Assembly: GCF_004010195.1 (NCBI RefSeq) | Contig: NC_057756.1 | Span: 1,094,265 to 1,158,264, forward strand | Reading direction: 5' to 3' | Length of the DNA: 64,000 nucleotides | Source: Chiloscyllium plagiosum | Taxonomy: Eukaryota | Shown here: in pieces, positions 38,511-50,699 of the stretch | How positions within the stretch are numbered: position 1 is the stretch's first letter | Layout: every line of letters starts with the position of its first letter | The notes under the pieces: generated by a model | Seen by the model: the letters and a program-made list of their open reading frames with translations, nothing else | What the model was told of the DNA's origin: nothing | Databases searched by the model: none | Made by a program: the position numbers and the translations under genes

Positions 38511-40549
38511 GTTGTGGTTCTGTTTGCCGAGCTGGGAATTTGTGTTGCAGACGTTTCGTCCCTGTCCAGGTGACATCCGCAGTGCTTGGGAGGCTCCTGT
38601 GAAGCGCCTTTGTGTTGTTTCCTCCGGCATTTATAGTGGTTTGTCTCTGCCGCTTCCAGTTGTCAGTTCCAGCTGTCTGCTGCAGTGGCCGGTATTTATG
38701 GGTCCAGATCGATGTGTTTGTTGATAGAATCTGTGGCTGAGTGACATGCCTCTAGCAATTCCCTGGCTGTTCTCTGTTTGGCTTGTCCTATAATAGCAGT
38801 GTTGTCCCAGTGAAACTCATGTTGCCTGTCATCTGCGTGTGTGGCTACTAAGGATAGCTGGTCGTGTTGTTTCGTGGCTAGTTGGTGTTCATGGATATGG
38901 ATCGTTAGCTGTCTTCCTGTTTGTCCTATATAGTGTTTTGTGCAGTCCTTGCATGGGAATTTGTACACTATGCTGGTTTTGCTCATCCTGGGTATCGGGT
39001 CCTTTGTCCTGGTGAGTTGTTTTCTGAGAGCGGCTGTTGGTTTGTGTGCTGTTATGAGTCCTAGTGGTCGTAGTAGTCTGGCTGTCAGTTCAGAAATGCT
39101 CTTGATGTATGGTAACATGGCTAGCCCTTTGGGTTGTGGCATGTCCTCATTCTGTTGTCTTTCCCTTAGGCATCTGTTGATGAAAATGCGGGGGTATCCG
39201 TTTTTGGCGAGTACCTTGTAGAGGTGTTCGTCTTCCTCTTTTTGCAGTTCTGGTGTGCTGAAGTGTGTTGAACAGTGTCTTGATGCAACTTCTTTTGTGT
39301 GTGTTGGCGTGGTTGCTTTCGTAGTTCAGGACTTGGTCTGTGTGTCTGGCTCTCCAGTATACCTTTGTGGTGAATTCTCCATTCGGTGTTCTCTGTACTA
39401 TCACGTCTAGGAATGGGAATTGGTTGTCCTTTTCTTCCTTTCTAGTGAATCTGAATCCTGTGAGTGTGTCGTTGATGATCTGGTGTGTGTTTTCTATTTC
39501 TGTGTTTTTAATGATTACAAAAGGTGTCATCCACGTATCTGACCCAGAGTTTGGGTTGAATTTGCGGTAAGACTGTTTGTTCTAATCTTTGCATTACAGC
39601 TTGTGCTATGAGTCCAGAGATGGGTGAGCCCATGGGTGTGCCGTTGATTTGTTCATATATTTGGTTGTTGAATGTGAAGTGTGTTGTGAGGCACAGGTCC
39701 AGTCGTTTGAGTATGCAGTCTTTGTTGATAGGTTCCCCGTCTTGTTGTCTGTCCTGTATGTCCAGCAGGTTGGCTATTGTTTCTCTGGCTAGGGTTTCGT
39801 CGATAGAGGTGAACAGTGCCGTTAAATCAAATGAGACCATAATTTCTTCCTTGTCTATGTGTATATTTCTGATGATGTCCAAGAATTCCTGTGTTGACTG
39901 TATAGAGTGTCTGGATCTGCTGATCAGGTGTTTCAGTTTCTGTTGTAGTTCTTTGGCCAGTTTGTATTGTAGTTGTAATTCTTTAGCCAGTCACTCTCGG
40001 ACAACAACTCACCAGGATAAAGGACCTGATACCCAGCATGAGCAAAACCAACGTAGTGTACAACATCCCATGCAAGGACTGCACAAAACACTACATAGGA
40101 CACACAGGAAGACAACTAACGATCCGTATCCATGAACACCAACTAGCCACGAAACGACACGACCAGCTATCCTTAGTAGCCACACATGCAGATGACAGGC
40201 AGCATGAGTTCGACTGGGACAACACTACTATTATAGGACAAGCCAAACAGATAACAGCCAGGGAATTCCTAGAGGCATGGCACTCATTCACCGATTCTAT
40301 CAACAAACACATCGACCTGGACCCAATATACTGGCCACTGCAGCGGACAGCTGGAACTGACAACCGGAAGCGGCAGACAAACCAGTATAAATGCTCAAGG
40401 AAACAACACAGAAGCGCTTCACAGGAGGCTCCCAAGCACTGAGGATGTCACCTAGACAGGGGACGAAACGTCTGCAACACAAATGCCCAGCTCGGCAAAC
40501 AGAACCATAACAACGAGCACCCGAGCTACAAATCCTCGCACAAACTTTG
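38511..40549. mobile_element. Penelope-like element with inverted arms: RT + GIY-YIG on minus (38511-~39970), GIY-YIG + terminal repeat on plus (~39990-40549)
   Basis: VSFDLTALFTSI, GTPMGSPISG, WVRYVDDTF (RT). VVYNIPCKDCTKHYIGHTGR...REFLEAW (GIY-YIG). 12-bp TSD AATTCACTCATT (38499-38510, 40550-40561). Confidence 0.95.
40436..40475 (+). ncRNA. Minimal type I hammerhead ribozyme motif, intact
   Basis: GCA-CTGAGGA-T-GTCACCT-AGAC-AGGGGAC-GAAACGTC-TGC: 3-bp stem I, stem II, ACGT palindrome, GUC site. Confidence 0.8.
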
Positions 40550-40828
40550 AATTCACTCATTATCCTGACTTGGAACTTTTCACTGTTCCTTCACAGTCAC
40601 TGGGTCTTCCCTCATGGCATTGTGGGTCTATCAACACAAAATAGACTGCAGTGATTCAGGAAGGCAGCTCATCACCACCTTTGTAAGGGCAATCAATGAC
40701 AGCGTATAAATGCAGGCCCAGTCAGTAAAAAAACACTTCCTGCGAATTAACCAAAAAAGGGCAACAATGAGAGATTCTTTAGGTTTATCCAAACTCTTTA
40801 AAAATCCTTCTTTGTGATATCCTTTCAG

Positions 40829-40949
40829 CTGTTCCCATTTGTATCTGTGACTTGATTGAAGGACTCTGTGAAATCGGCTGTTGCTGTGACCTTGACTGTT
40901 CCAATGAGGACGTTGGTGCCTTCTCTTCATGCCTGCCTGGTAGTGAACC
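40829..40949 (+). CDS. TCTN3: Tectonic-3, exon 2 (cysteine-rich tectonic signature)
   Basis: CCTTTCAG acceptor and GTAAGT donor. Encodes (A)VPICICDLIEGLCEIGCCCDLDCSNEDVGAFSSCLPGSE(P), matching the tectonic CxCDLxxxxCxxxCCCDxDC motif. Phase 1 to 2. Confidence 0.95.
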
Positions 40950-41479
40950 GTAAGTCCTAGTTATGTGACTACATTTGTCCTGGTCCAACTCTGCCTTAAA
41001 TTTAGATTTCTCGTCTTCTTACTCAGGTCCTTCCCTGTTCCTTTACTTGTAGCTGTATTATCTGTGACTTCAGATGTATCGGTGCTGGAAAGTCTACTGT
41101 GTGTTACTTAGCACCCACTTCCCATAGTCTCTCCAGCACTCAAAAAGCACAAGTCAGGACTGTGATGGAATGTTGTCCATTTGCTTGGATGAACGTAGTG
41201 CCAGTAGCACTTGCACTTGACACCATCCAGGGGACAAAGCAGCCCACTCGATGGACACTGCATCTACCAACATTCACTTCAAAATTCACTTCCTCCAACC
41301 TGCTGCATAGTGACAAATGCATTGCAGCAACTCAGCCAGGCACCTTTGATCTCCTCTTCCAAATTTACGACTTCTATCACCGAGAAGCATTGAGGCAGTT
41401 GATGGATGGCAACACCACAACTGCATGTTGTCCTCTAAGTCACACACACCATCCTCACTTAGAATTATAGAATGCCGAC

Positions 41480-41790
41480 TGTGTGAAATCAAACCATTTG
41501 GCCCATTGAGTTCACACCAACTCGCTGAAGAAAGTTCCATTCAGACCTAACTGCATACCCTATCCCTGTAACCCTGCATTTGTCATGGCTAATCCACTTA
41601 GCGTGCACATCCCTGGACACTATGGACAATTTTGCATGGCCAATCCACTTAACCTGCACATCTTTGGACTTTGGGAGGATACTGAAGCACTTGGAGGAAA
41701 CCCACGCAGACATGGGGAGACTGTCGAAACTCCACACACTCGCCTGAGCTGGGAGGGGTGGAGCAGCAGTGTTAACCATTGAGCCATTTT
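41480..41790 (-). mobile_element. HE1-type tRNA SINE
   Basis: Minus strand ATGGCTCAATGGTTAACACTGCTGC...AAAGATGTGCAGGTTAAGTGGATTGGCCATGC. Confidence 0.75.
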
Positions 41791-43493
41791 TTTGAAATGT
41801 CATTGCTGTGGGTAGAAACTTCTGATGTTCCCTTCATAACAGAACTTTGTGTATACTGACATCCCAATGACTGGAGAAGTTCAAGAAGGTGACTCAACAC
41901 CACTGCAAGTGCAATAACTTTTGACCTAGCCAGCAATGCCCACATCCAGAGAAAGAATTTTTAGAAATTTCTATGAATTCCAACCATGGCTTGGCCTTAC
42001 AACTCCACTTATTGCAGTTATTTTCACCAGTCCCACAATTCTCAGTTTCACATTCATATCCCGCCATGGACCATCTTTATTCCTATCACCCCCTGCAGCT
42101 CTACAACTTTCTGTGCGATCTTACGGTATTGACCTCGCTCACATGCTCAGTTCCCTTTACTTCACAACTGGCTGCTGCCCTGTCAGCTGCTTGGATCCAC
42201 AGCATTCCCTCCCCTGTCCTTTCCTGCTGCAGCCTTAGCTTATCACTCTATATGTGACTTGGCGTTACAATCTTGCTTCAATCCTGCTATGAATAGCTTT
42301 GGGACATTGCATTATGTTAAAAGTATGGGAGAAATCCAGTGATTTTACAAAACTGTTGATGGTGGGAGGGGGCTTTCTTTCAAAACTTTCTGCCCTCCAT
42401 TCCCTTAGTATCATCAGAACAGAACAAGGTCATTCAGACCCTTGAAGCTGATGTACTATAATATGTATTTGTGTTTAATTTTAACTCAGTTCCGTTCTCT
42501 ACCTTTGTAACATTTGTCTGTATCTGCCAAAAATCTTGTTCATCTTGGTGTCAAAACTCCAAATGTCATCCAACCTCCATGACAATTAGGGAACAAGGTT
42601 AAGGATTTTAACTCTCCTTTTTCCTTACTGAATTTATTCCTTAATCTGAGCTTTAAATTTCCTCAATTTCTGTGTACACACCAACAAAATCTTTGACCAG
42701 CAGTGCTCTGATACAAAAGCCATTACAGGAGCTTGGAGCAGTGAAAAAGAGTGGAGCATTGAGCCTCTCGCCCTGCACTGCCATTCAAATCAATTCAGTC
42801 TTGTTGGAAATGATAATTGCTCTATAGCCCTTGTCCTGGTGCTGGATATTTTACAAAAGTCTTTGATGTAATAGCTCGGTGCTGGATGTGATACAAATGT
42901 CAGTGTCTTTAGAGCTGAGTATTGGACATGACTCATTGTCTGTCTAGACAAAGTAGAAGCAGACATGGACCATTTGGCTCCAAGCACCTATCTGCCATTT
43001 AATAAGATCATGACTGATATGTTTATCCTTTAAATGTTGCATTTTTGTTTACATTGATAACCTTTGATTTTCCTTACCTAACAAGAATCTATCCAACTTC
43101 ACCTGAGAAATATTGAAGTACCCAACCTTCACTGCTTCCTGAGATCGATAGTTCCAAAGTTGCACAACTCACTACGAGAATGTATATTCCCTCATGTGAA
43201 TGGACGAGTTCTAATATTAAATCAGTCAAGGAATTCAGGCTAACCGGGAGAAGGCAGGACCATGGGGTTGAAGAGCCTACAGCCAGGAACATATCAGCAA
43301 AGCAGCCTCGATGAGCTTAATGGGCTAATTCTGCTCCTTTTTTTTACGGCCTTCTAGTTCTGGGATCTGGAAACAGGAGGCTATTCTTCCCCTTGATTCT
43401 GCAACACTGGAACAGGAGGAAGTCATTTAACTCCTTATACCAGATGCACGGCAACAGGAGAATGATCGTGAACCAGGAAAGATTGTACAATGG

Positions 43494-43740
43494 CACAGTA
43501 CCTACACTGACTCCAGCACAGTACTTAGCATTGAACTCCAAGGACAGTGAGTACTGTACAATACCCAGTACCCACTGTAAGATCACAGATTCCTGAACAA
43601 GACCTAGCACCAGACTGTAAGGATACTGACTCATGTACAGTACCTACCACCACATATAAAGGCATTGACTCTTGAAAAATACTCAGCACTGGATTGTAGG
43701 GAAAGTGACACCTGCACAGTACCTAGTACTAAACAGTGTA
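43494..43740 (+). repeat. Degenerate ~39-bp minisatellite
   Basis: ACAGTACCTAGCAC...CTGTAAGG...CTGACTC variants recur about 6 times. Confidence 0.5.
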
Positions 43741-43929
43741 GATTTAAAAATGGAGTGTAACGTTGGAAAACGTCGAGTTATTTACTTTGGCAGGAGAATA
43801 AAAGAAGCAGAATAGTATGCCAATGGAAAACAACTATAGGTTTTTTTATGTGCAGACATATTTACGTGTTCTAGTGCAGGAATCACAAAACATTAGCACA
43901 TATCAAGAAGATTAATGGATCTTGAAAAT

Positions 43930-44765
43930 TGGAGGTGTAGTGGACAGTGAAGAAGGTCAAATTACAACAGGATCTTGATCAGATGGGCCAATGGGTTAAG
44001 GAGTGGCAGATGGAGTTTAATTTAGATAAATGTGAGGAAAAGCAAGTCTGGATTGTAGGGAAAGCAAGTCAGAGCAGGGCTTATACACTTAATGATAAGG
44101 TTCTAGGGAGTATTGCTGAACAAAGAGACCTTGGAGTGCAGATTCATAGCTCCTTGAAAGTAGAGTCACAGGATAGTGAAGAAGGTTTTGGTATGCTTTC
44201 CTTTATTGGTCAGTGCATTGGGTATAGGCGTTGGGAAGTCATGATGCGCCCTACAGGACATTTGTACTGGTTTCGTTCCTATTGGAATGATATTGTGAAA
44301 CTCGCAAGGGTTCAGAAAAGATTCATAAGGATATTGCCAGGGTTTGAGCTAGAGGGAGAAGCTGAATAGCTGGGGCTGTTTTCCCTGGAGCATCGGAGGC
44401 TGAGGGTTGACTTTATAGCGGTTTATAAAATCATGAGGGGCATGGATAGGATAAACAGATAAGGTCTTTGCCCTGAGGTGGGGGAATACAGAACAAAAGG
44501 GAATAGGTTTAGGGTGAGAGGGGAAAGATATAAAAAAGGACCTAAGGGGCAACTTTTTCACACACAGGATGTTGCGTGTATGGAATGAGCTGCCAGAGGA
44601 TGTGGCGGAGGCTGGTACAATAACAGCATTTAAAAGACATCGAGATGGGTATAAGAATAGGAAGGGTTTCGAGGGTTATGGACCAAGTACTGGCAAATGG
44701 CACTAGATAAAGTTAGAATATCTGATCGGCATGGACGGGTTTCCATGCTGTACATCTCTATGACT
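43930..44765 (+). mobile_element. CR1 3' fragment
   Basis: LQQDLDQMGQWVKEWQMEFNLDKCE...RVQKRFIRILPG, with a CTCTATGACTC-type tail. Confidence 0.85.
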
Positions 44766-45369
44766 CGAGGGCTAATGACATGTTTTCCTTTACTGTTGCA
44801 GAGACTGAAGGTATAAGTAAGGATGTTATGCTTTAATTATACAGGACCTGGACATGACCACATCCGTAATAGTATGCACACATTTGGTCTCCTTACCAAA
44901 GGAAGAATATAAATGCATTAGATGCAGTTCACAGGTTTACTAAACTGATACATTGAATGACTGAGTTATGATGATAGGTTGGAGGAGCCTGGCTTGTTTC
45001 ACTGGCCACAGAATAACCACCTTTTGACTGAAGAAATCCCTCCTCATCTCGTAGCTACAGGGTCATCCCTTCACCCAGAGGCTGTGTCCGTGGGTCCTAC
45101 TAAGGAGAATATCTTCTCCAAGTCCACTATATTCAGGCCTCTCAGTATCCTGTAAGATTCAGTCAGGACTTCCTCATCCTTCTAAACTCCATTGGGTACA
45201 GACCAAGGGTTCTCAACCACTCCTTCATCCCCTGGATTATTCTTGTCAGACCTTCTCCAATGCCAGCACTTCTTTCCTTTGACACAGGGCCCAAAACTGC
45301 TCTCAATATTCCAAATGACACTGCCTCAGTTAATAATCAGAGGTGGCCTTTAGGTTTTTGTTTTGACAC

Positions 45370-45781
45370 CGTTGTACAATGAACGGGGAGTGGTCAATTT
45401 TCCCAGTTCAGGTTTATTCTCTAGTTTGGTCTTTTTCGCAAGGTGTCAAAACCTGCTGCGAACCTAGAAAAACAGCTACAGAGAAAAGAGGTTCGATGCT
45501 TTAACAGAGGTCTCACTTGAACTTTCTCGATGAAATCTCTCCTGTCTGGAGGGACAGCTTTGTTAACTTGCGGTTTTGAGTCGGTTGGGTTATCGCTTAA
45601 GTGAAGTTATTCTGAATTGTGTTTTCTTTTGTTCGTTTTTCATCTGTAGTTTAAACAAATTCTGTTTTGTTTAAAGCCTATTGATTTGACAGGCTGCATC
45701 CGTCCTGAAATATCCTAAAAAAAACAGCTTGGGCCTGGGCAACTTTCTTAAAATGTTTTGAAGGTGGCCTGGTACATAACA
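45370..45781 (+). repeat. Solo LTR of the Gmr1-like family, opposite orientation to 33866
   Basis: Ends GGCCTGGTACATAACA, the reverse complement of the TGTTATGxACCAGGCC LTR terminus. Confidence 0.6.
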
Positions 45782-45945
45782 TGCTAGTGGCTAATATTTC
45801 ACCCTTGACATTTGGGTTCGGAATTGGATCTTAGTTCTTTGTGACTCTGAGCTGCCTGATCACTGCTTCTCATACCAACTAATCCTAGTTCTTTATCTTG
45901 CACAAAGGAAGTCAACCGTCACACTTTTTTTTCTGTCACCTATAG

Positions 45946-46061
45946 GGTTATCAACAAGGTGTGCGTTGAAAGTTCGGTGATGTTCACCAGTAACAGCCCA
46001 TTTCCTGCAGGTTTCATTGAAGATGGTCCAGACGCACTCTTCTGTGTATTTGTTAATAATC
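45946..46061 (+). CDS. TCTN3: Tectonic-3, exon 3
   Basis: T-rich tract plus TATAG acceptor and GTAAGT donor. VINKVCVESSVMFTSNSPFPAGFIEDGPDALFCVFVNN resembles recalled human TCTN3 WVCVDNSVIFRSNSPFP...FCVHVNN. Phase 2 to 1. Confidence 0.92.
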
Positions 46062-48582
46062 GTAAGTAACACAAAATACATTGTCTGAGAGCAACAAAAT
46101 TTGCATATGTAGCATGGTAACCAGTAAAATGATAAAAAAGTTCGAATGTGTTTTACAGAGCAACATTTTATGACTTAAGTCACAGAAGGATTTAATAGAC
46201 AGTGACCCTCCCAAACTAAAAAAAGGATCTAACCATTGCTTTGGACATTCAGTCACATTACTATCGCTGAATTCCCCCACAAAATGCTTACCATTTAGCA
46301 GAAACTGAAATAGAATAGCTGTATGAATACTGTGACTACAGTAAAAAATCAGAGTCTGGGAATCCCACAGCAAATAATTCTCCTGACGCCACAATGTTGA
46401 CCATCATCGATAAGACATGAGTTAGAATTGTGATAGTAAACTCTCCATTTGTCTAAATAGGTTTGGTTCCAACAAAACTCCAAGTTGGCACACTCCAGAA
46501 CACAGCTGCCAGCTTGGTCAGTACCCCATCTACCAGCTTCAACATTCACTGCCGTCAGTATCAATGCACTGTGGCAACAGTGAGTTCGGTCTAAGGTACA
46601 GTGCACCAACTCAGAAGGCTGCTTTGGCAGTACCTTTCAAACTTACAACCTCTACCTCTTGGAAGGACAAGTTCAGCTGATGCCGAGGAACACTGTGACC
46701 ATTTATAGCTTCACCTGCAGACCACAGGCTGTTCTGACTTGGAACTTTATCAGCTGTTTTTGTCTGAGCTCTGAGAAAGGCCACTGGACTCAAAACGTTA
46801 ACTCAATTTTCTCTTCCCAGATGCTACCAACTGTGCTGAACTTCTCAATAATTGCAGCAGGTCTTCTGTGCCCCTGTGATCCAATCCTCCTGCTAGAAAA
46901 ATCAAAAATCATTAGGCTTCCTACTTGCATGCTGCAATACCCTGCCTTGCTGTTTTTCCTAAATAAGAATGGGAGAAAATGGAACTAGTTGAAAGTGATC
47001 CTGAACAGCTTGACAACAGTGGAAAGATGATACAGGAGGAGGATGTGCTCAACTGTATGAAATGCTACGGACAGGTCGAGAGAAATGAAGTGGAGACTGA
47101 TTGCCTTTGGCGCAGTACCATAGGATGTAATTTGTCACTCTAATAACAGCTGTTTTACTACTGGGTCAGGAACTGAGACAATGCCCATAAAGACTTTGGA
47201 GAAGATGGAGGCTGGAGGGGAATTCGATGGTCGCAAGGATAAAAGTTTGATGATGGTCGATTTAAAGTGGAGGATGACACCTGAATGGAGGGAATTATCA
47301 CAGTATCGACTAATGGGATCCCTGATGGGCAAGCAGAATGGCCAGGGGTGCAGCTCAAATAGGGTCATTAGAAGCACAGGCTGAGTCCTGTGAATATGGT
47401 ATTCACACGTAAAACTAGAAAAGCATTTGGAGACAAATGCATGCAATGCAGAGGAGAATAGTGGGGAGAACAAACATATGTTATTGCAAACTTGGCCAGT
47501 GGTCTTTCGGAGTGAGGGAGAGGAGGGGAAGAGATTAAAGCAGGAAAGGCATTGAGCCGATAGGGCACACTTGTCTTTGTAATAGTAAGCTCCATGACCT
47601 CTCCACATTGCTGAAGTGTGGGTGGGGAGACAAAGGAGAGGGATTTCAAAAAGGTGAATGGGACAAAAAGCCAGTGGTTTATTACATTTCAGGAAGATCG
47701 TGCCAGAGTGAACAGAGCAGGTCAGTGAACAGCGAGTGAGGGTGAGTGTAGTTTGCTGCCAATTTGGTTACAGCAGCCAAGATTTACATAAGGTCAGGTT
47801 GACTGAGGAAGTAAAAATCACAGACCACGTCCAGGAGAGTTTGTACTCACCAAGTTGCATCAGCTAATAAAATGTACAGCGCTAATCACAAGGAGAGAAA
47901 AATGGATGCACCTTGGTGCCTGTTAGTTACAGAGACTTCTCTTCTGTGGCATATCAAGTAGCAGTTCTGCCTCTGGATGTCATAAACAGTATATGTACAG
48001 GCTCCCACGACTACGACTTGATCTGGTAAACCCAGTTTGACTCTCAGATGCAGTGTTAATAGGGTGCTATCTTGTTGGCAATGCCATTTCTTTGGATGAG
48101 ATTTTAATCCCATGTCCTCTGATAGACAGAAAAAGAAAATCTCACAGATTGTTTCCAATAAACCAGAAGAGGTTTCCTTTGTGCGATGGTCAGTGAAATT
48201 GGATAGTGCCACTGAAATTGCTTCTGACACTCTATACTATTGCAGGATCTTGCTGTGCATGTATTGGCTGCTGTATTCCTAAAATTGCAATAAAAACGAG
48301 CATTCAATATGTTCTTGATTGGAAGTGATTTGAGGCGTCCTGTGGTTCTGAAAGAGGCTTTGTGAACGCAAGTCTTATTGTTTCAATGTGGGCTTCTTAA
48401 TGACACATGGATACAGGCTTTGGTCTCATGTGCGTTGCAGACACCTCGATCAAAGAGCTGTCGGGCTGGTTCATTTTTGTGCATCTTCATCTTATGAGTA
48501 GGGGAATGGTGGGTGTAAATGTTAAAAATGGAGAGAAACCCGGTGCAGAGATCAAAACTTAACATGCTGTTTGTTGTTTCAG

Positions 48583-48701
48583 CAAAGACAAATTTCTATG
48601 TGACACCACAGCACATTGACAGAGAGAGTTTTCCATTGCTGGTTTCACAGTTTGGCAGAGGTTCTTTTATTCGCCCTTTGGAGCGGCAAAGCAGCAAATG
48701 G
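48583..48701 (+). CDS. TCTN3: Tectonic-3, exon 4
   Basis: TTTCAG acceptor and GTAAGA donor. (P)KTNFYVTPQHIDRESFPLLVSQFGRGSFIRPLERQSSKW resembles recalled TCTN3 NLNYF...NFQALAAEFGGESF. Phase 1 to 0. Confidence 0.88.
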
Positions 48702-48896
48702 GTAAGATTGGATGCATTCATTGCCAAACGTTGACGCTGCACCTCACAGATCACTGGTCTGCCTATGGGATTCCCCTCCTGTCAGCATGCGCTAGATCTT
48801 CATTCTGTTCCCTCTTGTGCCCGCAGAATCCAACCTAAGCTGAGGGAACCCTCCCCTCCCCAGCTTGCTGGATTCGCAGTCCCCCTAGACTATTGA

Positions 48897-49253
48897 GGGC
48901 TACACAGTGGTTCAGTGGTTAGCACTGCTGCTTCACAGCACCAGGGACCCGGGTACAATTCCAGCCTCAGGCGACTGTCTGTCTGGGGTTTTCACATTCT
49001 CCCTGTGTCTGTGTGGGTGTCTTCCGGGTGCTCCGGTTTCCTCCCACAATCTAAAGATGTGCAGGTTAGGTGAATTGGCCATGCTAAATTGCCCAGAGTG
49101 TTCAGGGATGTATGGGTTAGGTGCATTAGTAGGGAGTTAACTGTAGAGTATTAGGATAGGGTAGGGAATGGGTCTGAGTGGGTTACTCTTCAGAGGGTCG
49201 GTGTGGACTTGATGGGCCAAATGGCCTGTTTCCCACTGTAGGGATTCTGTGAT
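48897..49253 (+). mobile_element. HE1-type tRNA SINE, full length
   Basis: GGGCTACACAGTGGTTCAGTGGTTAGCACTGCTGCTTCACAGCACCAGGGACCCGGGTACAATTCC..., with a CR1-derived tail GGGCCAAATGGCCTGTTTCC...GATTCT. Confidence 0.85.
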
Positions 49254-50210
49254 TGAGATGCCTCAACTCACCAGTGTTTCTTCTGCCCCATCCGCTGAGT
49301 GGAGGGGTATCAGAACTGAATGGAAGGATGATAATGCTGAGTGATGGGGACTTGCACATGATTGTGGGAATTTGGGAGCAAGCATAGGATACTTTGGTGG
49401 TGGCTGGAAGTTCCTGCGATCTTGAACATACTAGGCAAGTGCCGTGCAAACTTAAGAGTAGCATATCCCCAATTTTGATTGGAAACGCCAGATCTGAGAA
49501 ATGGATCTCCTTGAGACTTCCATGTTGCAGAGAGCGGGAACGCTGCAGTCAAACAGATTAAGTGTTAACTTTGCTTCTACTTTATTGTGTATAGCTTTCC
49601 CATTGTTTTCTGTACTGAAGAAGTGACCAAACTTCAAAATGTTTTCAGATTTCCTGATTTGCTGAAAGGTGCTTTTATCAAGAGAAGTTCTTCTGATTTA
49701 ATTTACAGTTAGAGACTAAGCTACAGGTGGAAATTTTCACTGGGTCAACTAACAGCTTAGTTAAAATGGTAGGATTCAGATGCTGTCTTAATAAAGGTAA
49801 ATACAGGAAGGTTTTGTGGTGAAATTCCAAGGGTTTGGTCTCTGCACTGAAAACCTTTGGGCAAGCAATTAAATTTGCCACCCTGCAAGAAGCTAGCTTT
49901 GAAAGAATGCAAAGATCCTGTGGGGTTCATAGTTGAGGTGACAAATTCCTAGGAGAAGGAGATCATGCAAGGATTTTGTTGCAAAATAATACTTGAAGGT
50001 AATTGCAGAGATAGAGTGGAAAGGCATTGGAAGGATTTGAGTCTTAATCATTGCAAACTGGAGTGGAGTGATGAGCTTGGGTTATAAAGGTTACAAACTT
50101 CTCCGTACAAAAAAGAAAGAATTCTTGTTCCCCAAAAACTGATCTTTTCAACAGTTGTAGGCATGAACGGGACTCTAATCCTCACAGTTTTCTCTGTCCT
50201 TTCCTTACAG

Positions 50211-50240
50211 CCTGAAACATTATCCAAAGCTTCCTATCAG
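50211..50240 (+). CDS. TCTN3: Tectonic-3, putative 30-nt microexon (PETLSKASYQ)
   Basis: CTCTAAT branch-like site, long pyrimidine tract, TACAG acceptor and CAG|GTAAGG donor. Phase 0-0, no stop. Confidence 0.7.
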
Positions 50241-50699
50241 GTAAGGTTCAAAATGATCAATCAGCTCACTTTTGCCAGACAGTAATTTTTTCCTTATATA
50301 GAACCTTTTTAGTAATGATATGGAGTTATTATGATGCAGTTTGTAGCATTCTTGTCTCTGAGACAGAAAGTCCAAGATAAAGTTCCACTCCAGGCCTAAT
50401 GGCAAGGGAGGTTTGTTCATAATGTGGCCAAACTAAATTGCCATCACCTCTAAATCATTTCAGCACGCATCGCTGGTAGACAGTAAGAAGTAGGAAAGAT
50501 TCCCGGTGAGCCGTATGAGAGTAAGAAGGTTGGAGACTCTACCATCACTATCTATAGTTCTAGACAATAACATGCATGTAAAAGTGTTTGTTGCAAAAAT
50601 TTAGATTCCTTGGTTTGGGAGGAGTTGCAATTGGTTGAATAACATAGATGGCTGATGGGGAATCAGATTCAGTTTTATCCCTGTTCTGCCTGTGTAAAA

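Noticed and set aside
48897..48970. tRNA gene
   Set aside because: tRNA-like head of an HE1 SINE, continuous with the SINE body and CR1-derived tail.
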